DNA from: Nonlabens ponticola
GTDB taxonomy: Bacteria; Bacteroidota; Bacteroidia; Flavobacteriales; Flavobacteriaceae
DNA: 32,000 bases
NCBI RefSeq assembly: GCF_003966335.1
Contig: NZ_CP034549.1
Span: forward strand, 2,040,001-2,072,000
Reading direction: 5' to 3'
In this document: in pieces, positions 15,707 to 24,365 of the stretch
Position numbering within the stretch: the stretch's first letter is position 1
How the letters are laid out: every line of letters begins with the position of its first letter
Program-made: the position numbers and the translations under genes
The notes under the pieces: generated by a model
Told to the model about the DNA's origin: nothing
Databases searched by the model: none
The model's input: the letters and a program-made list of their open reading frames with translations, nothing else

Positions 15707-16792
15707 ATGATCGTAGGCATTCCCAAAGAAATTAAAAATAATGAAAGTAGAGTCAGTTTGACGCCTGCCGGCGTTTATGAACTGGTTAAAAACAATCACA
15801 CGGTCTATGTGCAGACGCAAGCCGGTATAGGCAGCGGTTTTACTGATGATCATTACTTAAAGGCTGGCGCTACTATCCTGGATACGATTGAGGAAGTCTA
15901 TGCCATTAGTGAGATGATAGTCAAGGTCAAGGAACCTATTGCGCATGAATATAAGTTGGTTCGCGCGGGACAGGTACTGTTTACCTACTTCCATTTTGCT
16001 TCCAGTAAATCGTTGACAGAGGCTATGATCAAGTCCAAAGCCGTTTGCATTGCCTATGAAACGGTAGAAGACGATGAAGGGTCACTGGTGCTGCTCACGC
16101 CCATGTCTGAAGTAGCAGGAAGACTTGCCATACAGCAAGGTGCCAAGTATCTAGAAAAACCTGTAAAAGGTCGTGGCGTTCTTTTGGGCGGCGTTCCAGG
16201 TGTCGCACCGGGAAAAGTGCTGGTTTTGGGTGCTGGCGTTGTCGGTATTCAAGCAGCCAAAATGGCGGCAGGACTAGGCGCGCATGTGACCATCATGGAT
16301 GTCAACATGAAGCGCCTGCGTTATGTCAATGATGTCATGCCACCGCATGTGGTGACCGAGTTCTCTAATGAATTTAATATCAGGAAGCACATTAAAACGC
16401 ATGACCTTATCATAGGTGGTGTGCTCCTCAAAGGTGCCAAAGCGCCCAATCTAATCACTCGTGATATGCTCAAGGAAATGCGACCAGGTACGGTTATCGT
16501 TGATGTTGCCGTGGATCAAGGTGGTTGTGTAGAAACCACCAGACCTACCACGCATGAAGATCCTATATACATCATTGACGATGTGGTGCATTATTCGGTT
16601 GCCAATATGCCTGGAGCCGTACCATATACATCGACCGTGGCATTAACAAATGTGACCTTACCGTATGTACTGCGATTGGCAAATCAAGGTTGGGAAACAG
16701 CTTGTGGGAATGACCCTAGTTTACACAAGGGTTTGAACATCATTGATGGAAAAGTGATGTACCATGAGATTAATGAAGCGTTTGGTTGGTAA
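15707..16792 (+). CDS. ald: Alanine dehydrogenase
   Basis: 361 aa. MIVGIPKEIKNNE.RV.LTP, VKVKEP, VLVLGAGVVG and VDVAVDQGG are canonical Ald motifs. Confidence 0.9.
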   Translation: MIVGIPKEIKNNESRVSLTPAGVYELVKNNHTVYVQTQAGIGSGFTDDHYLKAGATILDTIEEVYAISEMIVKVKEPIAHEYKLVRAGQVLFTYFHFASSKSLTEAMIKSKAVCIAYETVEDDEGSLVLLTPMSEVAGRLAIQQGAKYLEKPVKGRGVLLGGVPGVAPGKVLVLGAGVVGIQAAKMAAGLGAHVTIMDVNMKRLRYVNDVMPPHVVTEFSNEFNIRKHIKTHDLIIGGVLLKGAKAPNLITRDMLKEMRPGTVIVDVAVDQGGCVETTRPTTHEDPIYIIDDVVHYSVANMPGAVPYTSTVALTNVTLPYVLRLANQGWETACGNDPSLHKGLNIIDGKVMYHEINEAFGW

Positions 16793-16855
16793 GTAAAATA
16801 GTGAACTCACGGTGCCTGTATCAAAATGCAAATCTAATCCCGATTAAAAATTTGA

Positions 16856-16863
16856 TATTTTTG
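16856..16863 (+). promoter_or_regulatory. Bacteroidota -7 box (TAnnTTTG) for the DUF808 gene
   Basis: TATTTTTG, 21 nt upstream of the ATG at 16885. Confidence 0.4.
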
Positions 16864-16884
16864 TAGTTCAATCAATTTCCTTAC

Positions 16885-17769
16885 ATGGCCTCAGGATTCT
16901 TCGCACTATTAGACGACATCGCAGTACTTATGGACGATGTTGCGGCTATGAGTAAAGTCGCAACCAAAAAAACTGCAGGAATTCTAGGTGACGATCTTGC
17001 TGTAAATGCAGAGAAGGCATCTGGATTTGTTTCTTCGCGAGAAATACCTGTTTTGTGGGCAATTACCAAAGGTTCTGCTTTAAACAAGCTCATCATCTTA
17101 CCTATCGCATTTTTGCTCAGTGCGTTCTTACCAGTTGCGGTCACGATTATTTTATTGTTGGGTGGCGTTTATCTAGCCTTTGAAGGTGCCGAGAAGATCT
17201 ACGAGTGGATTTTTCCGCATGCTGCTCCAGAGATTGACATCCCATCTAGAGAATTGACAGAAGATGAGATTGTTGCTCATGAAAAGGAAAAAATTAAAAG
17301 CGCTATTGTTACAGACTTTATTCTTTCGGTTGAGATTGTCATTATCGCATTAAGCGCCGTCGTGACAGAACCTATTCTTAATCAAATTCTGGTCGTTACG
17401 GTGGTAGCGATAGTTGCGACAATTGGCGTGTATGGTATCGTTGCAGCCATAGTACGCATGGATGATCTAGGTGCGCGTTTAATACGCAATAGTGGTGATA
17501 CCGGCATCATAAACGGTATCGGTAAATTTCTAGTGGCGGCGCTGCCATGGATTGTGAAGAGTCTTTCTGTGATTGGTACGATTGCGTTGCTCCTAGTTGC
17601 TGGTGGCATTTTTGTTCATGAATTACATTTTATTCATGACTTACTGCACGGCTTGCCTTCCATAGTTGCCGAGGCGCTTACCGGTTTAGTGGTTGGCTTT
17701 GTGGCTTTGTCATTGTATAAATTACTTAAGTTTCTGTTCTTTAAAAAAACATCCTCAACTGATCACTAG
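16885..17769 (+). CDS. DUF808 (YedI-like) inner membrane protein
   Basis: 294 aa. FFALLDDIAVLMDDVAAMSKVATKKTAGILGDDLAVNAEK closely parallels the YedI N-terminus. Multiple TM segments. Confidence 0.8.
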   Translation: MASGFFALLDDIAVLMDDVAAMSKVATKKTAGILGDDLAVNAEKASGFVSSREIPVLWAITKGSALNKLIILPIAFLLSAFLPVAVTIILLLGGVYLAFEGAEKIYEWIFPHAAPEIDIPSRELTEDEIVAHEKEKIKSAIVTDFILSVEIVIIALSAVVTEPILNQILVVTVVAIVATIGVYGIVAAIVRMDDLGARLIRNSGDTGIINGIGKFLVAALPWIVKSLSVIGTIALLLVAGGIFVHELHFIHDLLHGLPSIVAEALTGLVVGFVALSLYKLLKFLFFKKTSSTDH

Positions 17770-17779
17770 AACAGAATAA

Positions 17780-19228
17780 GTGAGCGACAAAATTGCTAGA
17801 ATGTATTGGACTGTTTGCCCAAGCTGCAAGGGCCGCGGCTCAACACGTGGTCGTATTAAGAAAAAAGCAAAACTCGATTACCAGCGAAAACTAGAAACCT
17901 ACCTGCAATCAAATCAGCTAGGCTATGCGCCTATAAAACCACGAGCTATTTTATCAACTTGCAAAAATTGTCAAGGTTCTGGGCTGGTAAAATCAGGTGA
18001 ACCTACTCCAATCAATAACGATTTACCGCAGGTGGCTATTGTCGGTGCAGGAATTGGTGGTACGGCACTGGCTGTTGCTTGCCAGCATCGTGGTATCCCA
18101 TTTACCTTATTTGAGCGCGATGGCAGTTTTGACGAGCGATCGCAAGGTTATGGATTGACGTTGCAACAGGCACACAAGGCGATGCAGGGCTTCGGTATCG
18201 AGCAGCTAGAAAATGGCGTGGTAAGTACGAGACATGTGGTTCATGATACTGCTGGTAATATTCTAGGAGAATGGGGTTTGCGAAAATGGCTTGAAAACAA
18301 TAAGCCAGCAGCCAATAAAAACACCAATATTCATATAGCGCGCCAGACATTACGTCAAAGTCTGATGGATATGCTTGACAATCCAGAACAAATCAAATGG
18401 GATCACCAATTGACAGATCTTCAAACCATTGAAAACAATCAGATTCAATTATCCTTTCAGCACAATGATACCGCTGTAAGCTTCAAAGCAGATCTAGCTG
18501 TCGGTGCAGATGGCATACGCAGCAAGACACGTGAACTTATCTTGGGCGATACGATAGAATCCTTGAGGTATTTAGAATGTATCGTTATGTTAGGGATATG
18601 TCCGTTAGAGAATATTAAAGATCTAAATCATGAATTGCTGGATAACGCTACTGTTTTTCAAACGGCTAATGGTCACGAGCGCATGTACATGATGCCGTAC
18701 AAGCAAGATCAGATCATGTGGCAATTTAGTTATCCGATTGATGAAGAAGCTGCCACGAGGTTGAGCAAGGCTGGCACTACAGCTCTTAAGAAAGATGTAC
18801 TGCTACGGACTAAGAGTTGGCACGATCCTATTCCACAAATTATTGAGGCAACTAGTGAGACTTTAATCACTGGTTATCCAGTTTATGATCGTGATGTTTT
18901 GAATGATTACGCTTTCGCGAAAGCGGAAAATTCAACATTATTAGGAGATGCTGCTCATCCCATGAGTCCATTCAAGGGTCAAGGCGCTAATCAGGCATTA
19001 CTGGATGCGTTATCGCTAGCACGAAATATCTATCACGGTTGCAGACCTCAATCCAACTGGCGAGAAAAAGGAATAAGAAAAAGTGCTTTGATGCAGTACG
19101 AAAGAGAAATGATCCAGCGCAGCTCAGTCAAGGTAAAAGAATCTGCAAGAGCAGCCAGATTCCTGCATACTGATGAAGTCATGAAAAAAATGGACGCACC
19201 ACGCGGCAGAGCAGCTAGTGACTCATAA
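17780..19228 (+). CDS. FAD-dependent (class A flavoprotein) monooxygenase with an N-terminal double CxxCxGxG zinc-finger-like extension
   Basis: GTG start. CPSCKGRG and CKNCQGSG lie in the first 70 aa. VAIVGAGIGG..FERD is the dinucleotide fold, and GDAAHPMSPFKGQGANQALLDA is the FAD/NAD(P) fingerprint. Confidence 0.75.
   Translation: MSDKIARMYWTVCPSCKGRGSTRGRIKKKAKLDYQRKLETYLQSNQLGYAPIKPRAILSTCKNCQGSGLVKSGEPTPINNDLPQVAIVGAGIGGTALAVACQHRGIPFTLFERDGSFDERSQGYGLTLQQAHKAMQGFGIEQLENGVVSTRHVVHDTAGNILGEWGLRKWLENNKPAANKNTNIHIARQTLRQSLMDMLDNPEQIKWDHQLTDLQTIENNQIQLSFQHNDTAVSFKADLAVGADGIRSKTRELILGDTIESLRYLECIVMLGICPLENIKDLNHELLDNATVFQTANGHERMYMMPYKQDQIMWQFSYPIDEEAATRLSKAGTTALKKDVLLRTKSWHDPIPQIIEATSETLITGYPVYDRDVLNDYAFAKAENSTLLGDAAHPMSPFKGQGANQALLDALSLARNIYHGCRPQSNWREKGIRKSALMQYEREMIQRSSVKVKESARAARFLHTDEVMKKMDAPRGRAASDS
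18908..18925. repeat. Intragenic copy of the palindrome family, translated as YAFAKA
   Basis: tacgctttcgcgaaagcg, in frame within the monooxygenase CDS. Confidence 0.9.
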
Positions 19229-19340
19229 CATCGGATCATTTTCCTGACAGCCACTCGCCTATCTTTAACCTTATCTTCTTATTGAGATCGCGCTCGTCGA
19301 TGGCTCAATTCCTACCTTTGCAATAGGAAATTTGAATTTT

Positions 19341-21182
19341 ATGACACAGCACAGCGCTACCGATTTTATTACCAAAACACTGGAAAACAAACCTCAAGAC
19401 TGGCTAGGATTGACCACACACAGGCTGGATATCTATGAAGAGAAGTTTGCCAAAGTCCAGTTTCTAGAACAATATGAGCAGCTGTTTAATGAAAACAATC
19501 ATAGCACGCAAGCTCTAGCAAAGTTGCCTACAGCATATGATTACATACGATTGGGTCATCCACTTTCTTGTGTTCTAGAATGGGGAATTTCTCAACAATA
19601 CAAGGTGCCAGCAGACAATGTCATCAGTTTTCAATCTCAAACGGTTCCCATATTGGCTGTTTTGAGAAAAAATCTTCTTGATAATCGCAAGACCCTTATT
19701 GTTTACAAGGACCAGTTACCAGCACATTTTGATGCTGAAACGGTACGCAAGGTCTATGGTTACAACTTTGAACTACAACAGGTGAGCAATATCAACGAGG
19801 TTCAATCCTTTAATGGAAATGTTATCTATCTGTTTGAATCTGCTACTATAGGAGATTTTGAACTTCATGAAAGTATTGATTTTTATGTGAGTACACATAG
19901 TTCATTGGGTAGTGTTTTGCTCATGGATAACAGCGTGAGTAACTACGTGAGCGACGTCCAGCACGTACGTCGTCGCGAGACGGTAGCAATGACGCCTAGC
20001 AATTCACTCATCGCCTTAAATGCATTTGTAGCTAATGCTTCTGTGGATCTAACGGCTCATGATTTTGAGAATGATAAACGCAGTGTGCTCAAATCTGTAA
20101 AAGATATTACTGGCACTAGCTTGCAGCCCATCGTTGGTTCCAGCGGTTTGAGCGTGCAGTATGCTATTATGATGGGATTGATCGATCACGCCATTGAGCA
20201 TCATCCCAATAAGCCTATCAAGTTTGTCGTGCCACCCAATTGCTACGGTGGTACCAATGATCAAGCACGTCGCGTCGCCGCCTGTCTCGATAATGTCGAG
20301 GTCGTGGATCTACCAGTTGATGGTAATAACGACATGGTACGCAGCGTGGATCGGGTATTGGACGATTTGGCCCAACAGGACGCTATTCCCTACATCATTG
20401 CAGAGATTCCTACCAATCCTCGTGTAGAAGTTCCTGTACTGGAAGATTTACGGGATGCGCTTTCGCGAAAGCGTAACACACCTAATAACACCACTGCTAT
20501 CGATCCAGTTTTTATCCTAGATCAAACATTTTGTCCTAACTATGAGTTTTTGGGTGAAGGCAAAATTTTATCTGAGGTAAGAACCATATCCTATGCTAGT
20601 GGATCCAAGTTTCCTAGCGGCGGTAGATGCACGGCAGGTTATGCGGTAGGGAATAATAAGGTGGCAGACTTGATGGAAAAACTTGAGTTGCACCTGCAAT
20701 TATGCGATAATGAGGCTACTGCGCAACAGTATGAAATCCTGGCAGAACAGTTGCCGTCAATGAATAAGCGTATCGCTGCAGCTTATGAAAACACTCGAGA
20801 ATTTGTAGAATTCATCAAGGAAACACTTCCAGCGGCTAAAATCAATTTTGTTAGTGAAGAACTAGCATCGCATGGATTTACACCATCGGTTTTTTCAATG
20901 GACTTACCTACTAAGGGTGACACCGCAGAGGAGCGCGAGCAATACAAACGCGATCTCAATCTTAAATTGATACATAAAATGATCGACGAGATTCCAGCAG
21001 AAAGTAAGTTTTGTGTCAGTTATGGTCAACTGAAAGGCTGTTACTGGACGGTACCAGCAACGAGCACTCAAGGAACTACTAAAGAAGGTGATAAGGACTA
21101 TATCGTTCGTGCCTCACTATCACCAGACCTGGATCTTGAGAAACACAAGCAAGTTTTTAAAGATTTTGTTGAACATTTATAA
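19341..21182 (+). CDS. Large PLP-dependent enzyme related to the Cys/Met-metabolism (cystathionine gamma-synthase/lyase) family, with a long N-terminal extension
   Basis: ILDQTFCPNYEF (compare DNTFATP) and SGSKFPSGGRCTAGY (compare S.TKY.GGHSD..GG, PLP lysine) lie in the C-terminal half. I prefer the ATG at 19341 over the TTG at 19332. Confidence 0.5.
   Translation: MTQHSATDFITKTLENKPQDWLGLTTHRLDIYEEKFAKVQFLEQYEQLFNENNHSTQALAKLPTAYDYIRLGHPLSCVLEWGISQQYKVPADNVISFQSQTVPILAVLRKNLLDNRKTLIVYKDQLPAHFDAETVRKVYGYNFELQQVSNINEVQSFNGNVIYLFESATIGDFELHESIDFYVSTHSSLGSVLLMDNSVSNYVSDVQHVRRRETVAMTPSNSLIALNAFVANASVDLTAHDFENDKRSVLKSVKDITGTSLQPIVGSSGLSVQYAIMMGLIDHAIEHHPNKPIKFVVPPNCYGGTNDQARRVAACLDNVEVVDLPVDGNNDMVRSVDRVLDDLAQQDAIPYIIAEIPTNPRVEVPVLEDLRDALSRKRNTPNNTTAIDPVFILDQTFCPNYEFLGEGKILSEVRTISYASGSKFPSGGRCTAGYAVGNNKVADLMEKLELHLQLCDNEATAQQYEILAEQLPSMNKRIAAAYENTREFVEFIKETLPAAKINFVSEELASHGFTPSVFSMDLPTKGDTAEEREQYKRDLNLKLIHKMIDEIPAESKFCVSYGQLKGCYWTVPATSTQGTTKEGDKDYIVRASLSPDLDLEKHKQVFKDFVEHL
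20457..20475. repeat. Intragenic copy of the palindrome family, translated as ALSRKR
   Basis: gcgctttcgcgaaagcgta, in frame within the PLP-enzyme CDS. Confidence 0.9.
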
Positions 21183-21266
21183 GAGCCTATTTTAAAACAC
21201 CTTTAAGGTAATCATGATACACGGCGTACATTATTTGACCTAATTTAGACTTCTATTTGACTTGAA

Positions 21267-22052
21267 ATGATCGCAGCAGTAACCTTATTTCTTATAGTTT
21301 CTTTATCGGCATTGATTACCAAAATCGCTGCCATAGCTCTCACGCACACAGGTTTGTCGACTGAGGTTGCAAAGTTTCAGGCAAGGTCTGCCTACACAGG
21401 TGCAGGATATAGCACGGCAGAGTCTGAGAATATCATGAACCATCCAGTGCGTCGCAAGATCATCTACAATTTGATGTTGATAGGTAATGCAGGTATCGTC
21501 ACCGCCATGTCCTCGCTCATATTGACATTTGTCTTGCCCGACACGCTAGCCTCAAGGCTATACGGATTACTCATCGTGGTAACTGGTATGGCATTTTTGT
21601 TTTGGGCGATACGCAGTAAATGGGTAGATCGTGGACTTTCTAGAATTATTGACCGACTGCTCAAAAAGTACACTGATATTGAGATCCATGACTTTGCCGC
21701 GGTACTTCATCTCAAGGATGACTACAAGATCAGCAAAGCGACTGTCGATACTGATGGCTGGATGTGCCACCGCACCTTGATGGAACTTAATTTGCGAGAA
21801 GAAGGAATTACCATTCTGGGCGTTGATCGAGGCGACAATCAGTATTTTGGCTCACCTTCAGGCGAATTCAAGATCTTACCTCACGATATTGTCACCATTT
21901 ATGGTAAGGCAGATGGTATCAAAAGTCTCTACAATCGCAAGAAAGATCATTACGCCAGATTGGAACACGACAAGGCAGTAAAACAAGAAGAACAACGCAG
22001 AAAAGAAGAACAAAATCGTGTTAAGGAAAAGGAAACCGAGCAATCAAATTAA
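21267..22052 (+). CDS. Membrane protein with a C-terminal TrkA-C (RCK_C) domain and a K/E-rich tail
   Basis: About 3 TM segments at the N-terminus. TLMELNLREEGITILGVDRG...ILPHDIVTIYG has the typical TrkA-C pattern. Confidence 0.6.
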   Translation: MIAAVTLFLIVSLSALITKIAAIALTHTGLSTEVAKFQARSAYTGAGYSTAESENIMNHPVRRKIIYNLMLIGNAGIVTAMSSLILTFVLPDTLASRLYGLLIVVTGMAFLFWAIRSKWVDRGLSRIIDRLLKKYTDIEIHDFAAVLHLKDDYKISKATVDTDGWMCHRTLMELNLREEGITILGVDRGDNQYFGSPSGEFKILPHDIVTIYGKADGIKSLYNRKKDHYARLEHDKAVKQEEQRRKEEQNRVKEKETEQSN

Positions 22053-22075
22053 ATTGTAGCTATTAATCTTTTAGT

Positions 22076-22119
22076 ATTACGCTTTCGCGCCTGCCTGCCG
22101 GCAGGCAGGAAAGCGTAAT
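22076..22119. terminator. Nested palindrome (family copy interrupted by a second GC-rich palindrome), likely a terminator for the upstream gene
   Basis: attacgcttt-cgcg-cctgcctgccggcaggcagg-aaagcgtaat. The outer 10-bp arms and the inner 10-bp arms are both perfect. Confidence 0.6.
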
Positions 22120-22181
22120 TATTAATACACACTTAAACTAGGTACGGTCATTGTCGTTGTATCTTGCCGCAAAAACAAGCC

Positions 22182-22952
22182 ATGCGCGTATTACTACTAT
22201 CCATTTTTTTACTTTCCACTACCCTATCGCATGCCTATGATTGGGGTAAAACGGGCCACAGAGCCACAGGTGCCATTGCCCAAAAATACTTGAACAAAAA
22301 AGCACGCAAGGCGGTCGCAGAATTACTGGATGGTGAGTCACTGGCATTAGTTTCCACTTATGCAGACGAGATTAAGAGCGATAAACAGTATAGATCTTAC
22401 GGTCCATGGCATTATGTAAACGTACCATTTGAGACAACTTATGATAAACACGAGCCAAGTGATCGTGGCGATTTAATTACTGGTATTGACAAATGCATTG
22501 AGATATTAAAATCAGACGATGCCAGCAAGGAGATCAAAGCGTTTCACCTGCGATTATTGGTTCATCTTGTAGGTGATTTACACCAGCCTATGCATACAGG
22601 ATTGAGTGAGGATAAAGGCGGTAATGATTTTCAAGTACAGTGGTATAATGACGGTACTAATTTACATTCCGTTTGGGATACGCGTATGATTGAAAGCTAC
22701 GGCATGTCTTACACTGAGCTTGCTGACAATGCTGATCGCATCTCAAAAAAAGAGCGCAAAGCAATGGCCGCAGGCACACATCGTGAGTGGATGGAAGACA
22801 GCCGCGACCTTGTAAAAGATATTTATAGAAACACAAATAAAGGCGATAAGCTAGGCTACCGTTACATGTACGATTACATGGATATCTTGAGGGATCAATT
22901 GCAAAAAGGTGGAGTACGACTGGCTGCGCTGCTTAACGATGTATTAGGCTAA
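22182..22952 (+). CDS. S1/P1-family zinc nuclease, secreted
   Basis: The signal peptide MRVLLLSIFLLSTTLSHA is followed by WGKTGH. HLVGDLHQPMH and NLHSVWD are S1/P1 motifs. I prefer the ATG at 22182 to the TTG at 22164. Confidence 0.8.
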   Translation: MRVLLLSIFLLSTTLSHAYDWGKTGHRATGAIAQKYLNKKARKAVAELLDGESLALVSTYADEIKSDKQYRSYGPWHYVNVPFETTYDKHEPSDRGDLITGIDKCIEILKSDDASKEIKAFHLRLLVHLVGDLHQPMHTGLSEDKGGNDFQVQWYNDGTNLHSVWDTRMIESYGMSYTELADNADRISKKERKAMAAGTHREWMEDSRDLVKDIYRNTNKGDKLGYRYMYDYMDILRDQLQKGGVRLAALLNDVLG

Positions 22953-23012
22953 AAGCAATTTTTTATTACTGTATAAGCTATAAATGTGTAAATAAATGCA
23001 CATTTGTAAACG

Positions 23013-24251
23013 ATGCTATTTTACAGAAACCCTTATTCTTTATCTAAGCAGCTATTATGTTTCTGTTTAGTTTTAGCAACTCAATTTGCTTTTGGCCAAG
23101 AAATCCCGGTCAAATTTCAAGCAATAGAGCTACTACAAATACATATACAAACAACAGATAGTCTAGAGATACTGGATGATCAAGAATATGTGACAGCCAC
23201 CCTAAGACTAAAAAAGGACGATGCGCTGATCATTATTGATGAGCCTCTTAAAATAAGAACTCGTGGTAATTCTACCAGTTCGTTTCCTAAACGACCATAT
23301 CAATTAAAGTTTTACGACAAGCAGCGCATGGTAAGCATGCCAGCAGACAAACGCTGGGTCCTGCTAGCTAATTACTCTGATAAAACAATGCTGCGCAATT
23401 CCATAGGATTTGCCTTAGGGCATTATAGTCAACTAGATTTCACTCCTATGAGTAAACACGTAGAGCTGTTTATTAATAACCAATATCAAGGGTTATACCT
23501 GCTTGCTCAAAAAGTTGAAGAAAGTAAGAACAGAGTTGACCTGAGTGAAGATGGTTTTCTCATCGAGGTAGAATTAGAAAATCGCATAGAAGAAGATGAT
23601 AGTTGTTTCTCCACATCACATGAAACCTATTGCATTAAATATCCAGAAATATCAAAAAAAGATAATCGATTTGCTGAAATCAAAAAACAGGTAACTGAGA
23701 TAGAAGAATCAATCTATAATTTTACTACTGATAGCAGCGGCGTGCGATCCTATGAAAAATATCTTGATGTAGAATCAGTCATCGACTGGTACCTGATCAA
23801 TGAAATTACTAAAAACAATGACGCTAAATTTCATACCAGTGTCTTTATGAGTAAAGCAGCTAATGGCAAATTGAAACTAGGTCCAGTTTGGGATTTTGAC
23901 ATTAGCATGGGAAATATTGATTACAATGGTAATATGAATCCAGAAGGCTTCTGGGTAAAAAAGGCTGATTGGTTCAAGGCTCTTTTTAAAGACCCACAAT
24001 TTGCAGGTCGTGTGCGCAATAGGTTCTTTGAATTTTATGACAACAGGAATCTAATTTTTGAATTGATCGACAACCACGCACATCAGTTGAGAGAAGCGCA
24101 AATACGCGATGATCAGCAATGGAATATCATAGGAACAAAAGTCTGGCCCAATTACAAAGTCTTTGATACCTATCAAGAAGAAGTCGACTATTTAAAAGAC
24201 TGGCTAGAAACACGTTATCAATGGCTGGACGCTGCCTATAGGCGACTATAA
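23013..24251 (+). CDS. CotH kinase family protein, secreted
   Basis: 412 aa with a signal peptide. KRPYQLKF, LLANYSDKTMLRN, YQGLYLLAQKVE, DWYLINEITKNNDA and GPVWDFDISMGN match the CotH pattern. Confidence 0.72.
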   Translation: MLFYRNPYSLSKQLLCFCLVLATQFAFGQEIPVKFQAIELLQIHIQTTDSLEILDDQEYVTATLRLKKDDALIIIDEPLKIRTRGNSTSSFPKRPYQLKFYDKQRMVSMPADKRWVLLANYSDKTMLRNSIGFALGHYSQLDFTPMSKHVELFINNQYQGLYLLAQKVEESKNRVDLSEDGFLIEVELENRIEEDDSCFSTSHETYCIKYPEISKKDNRFAEIKKQVTEIEESIYNFTTDSSGVRSYEKYLDVESVIDWYLINEITKNNDAKFHTSVFMSKAANGKLKLGPVWDFDISMGNIDYNGNMNPEGFWVKKADWFKALFKDPQFAGRVRNRFFEFYDNRNLIFELIDNHAHQLREAQIRDDQQWNIIGTKVWPNYKVFDTYQEEVDYLKDWLETRYQWLDAAYRRL

Positions 24252-24311
24252 TTCTTTTATTGTTTAATTTAATGGCAATTTTAAGCAATGGCTTTGAAAC
24301 ACTGCTTACTT

Positions 24312-24344
24312 TTACCCTATCAGTTAAGTAGGGTAATAAATTTG
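24312..24344 (+). promoter_or_regulatory. Hairpin plus a TAnnTTTG -7 box upstream of acs
   Basis: An 8-bp stem, ttacccta (24312-24319) with tagggtaa (24329-24336), is followed immediately by TAAATTTG (24337-24344), 22 nt upstream of the acs ATG. Confidence 0.4.
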
Positions 24345-24365
24345 CTACTACATTAAACAGCATCA

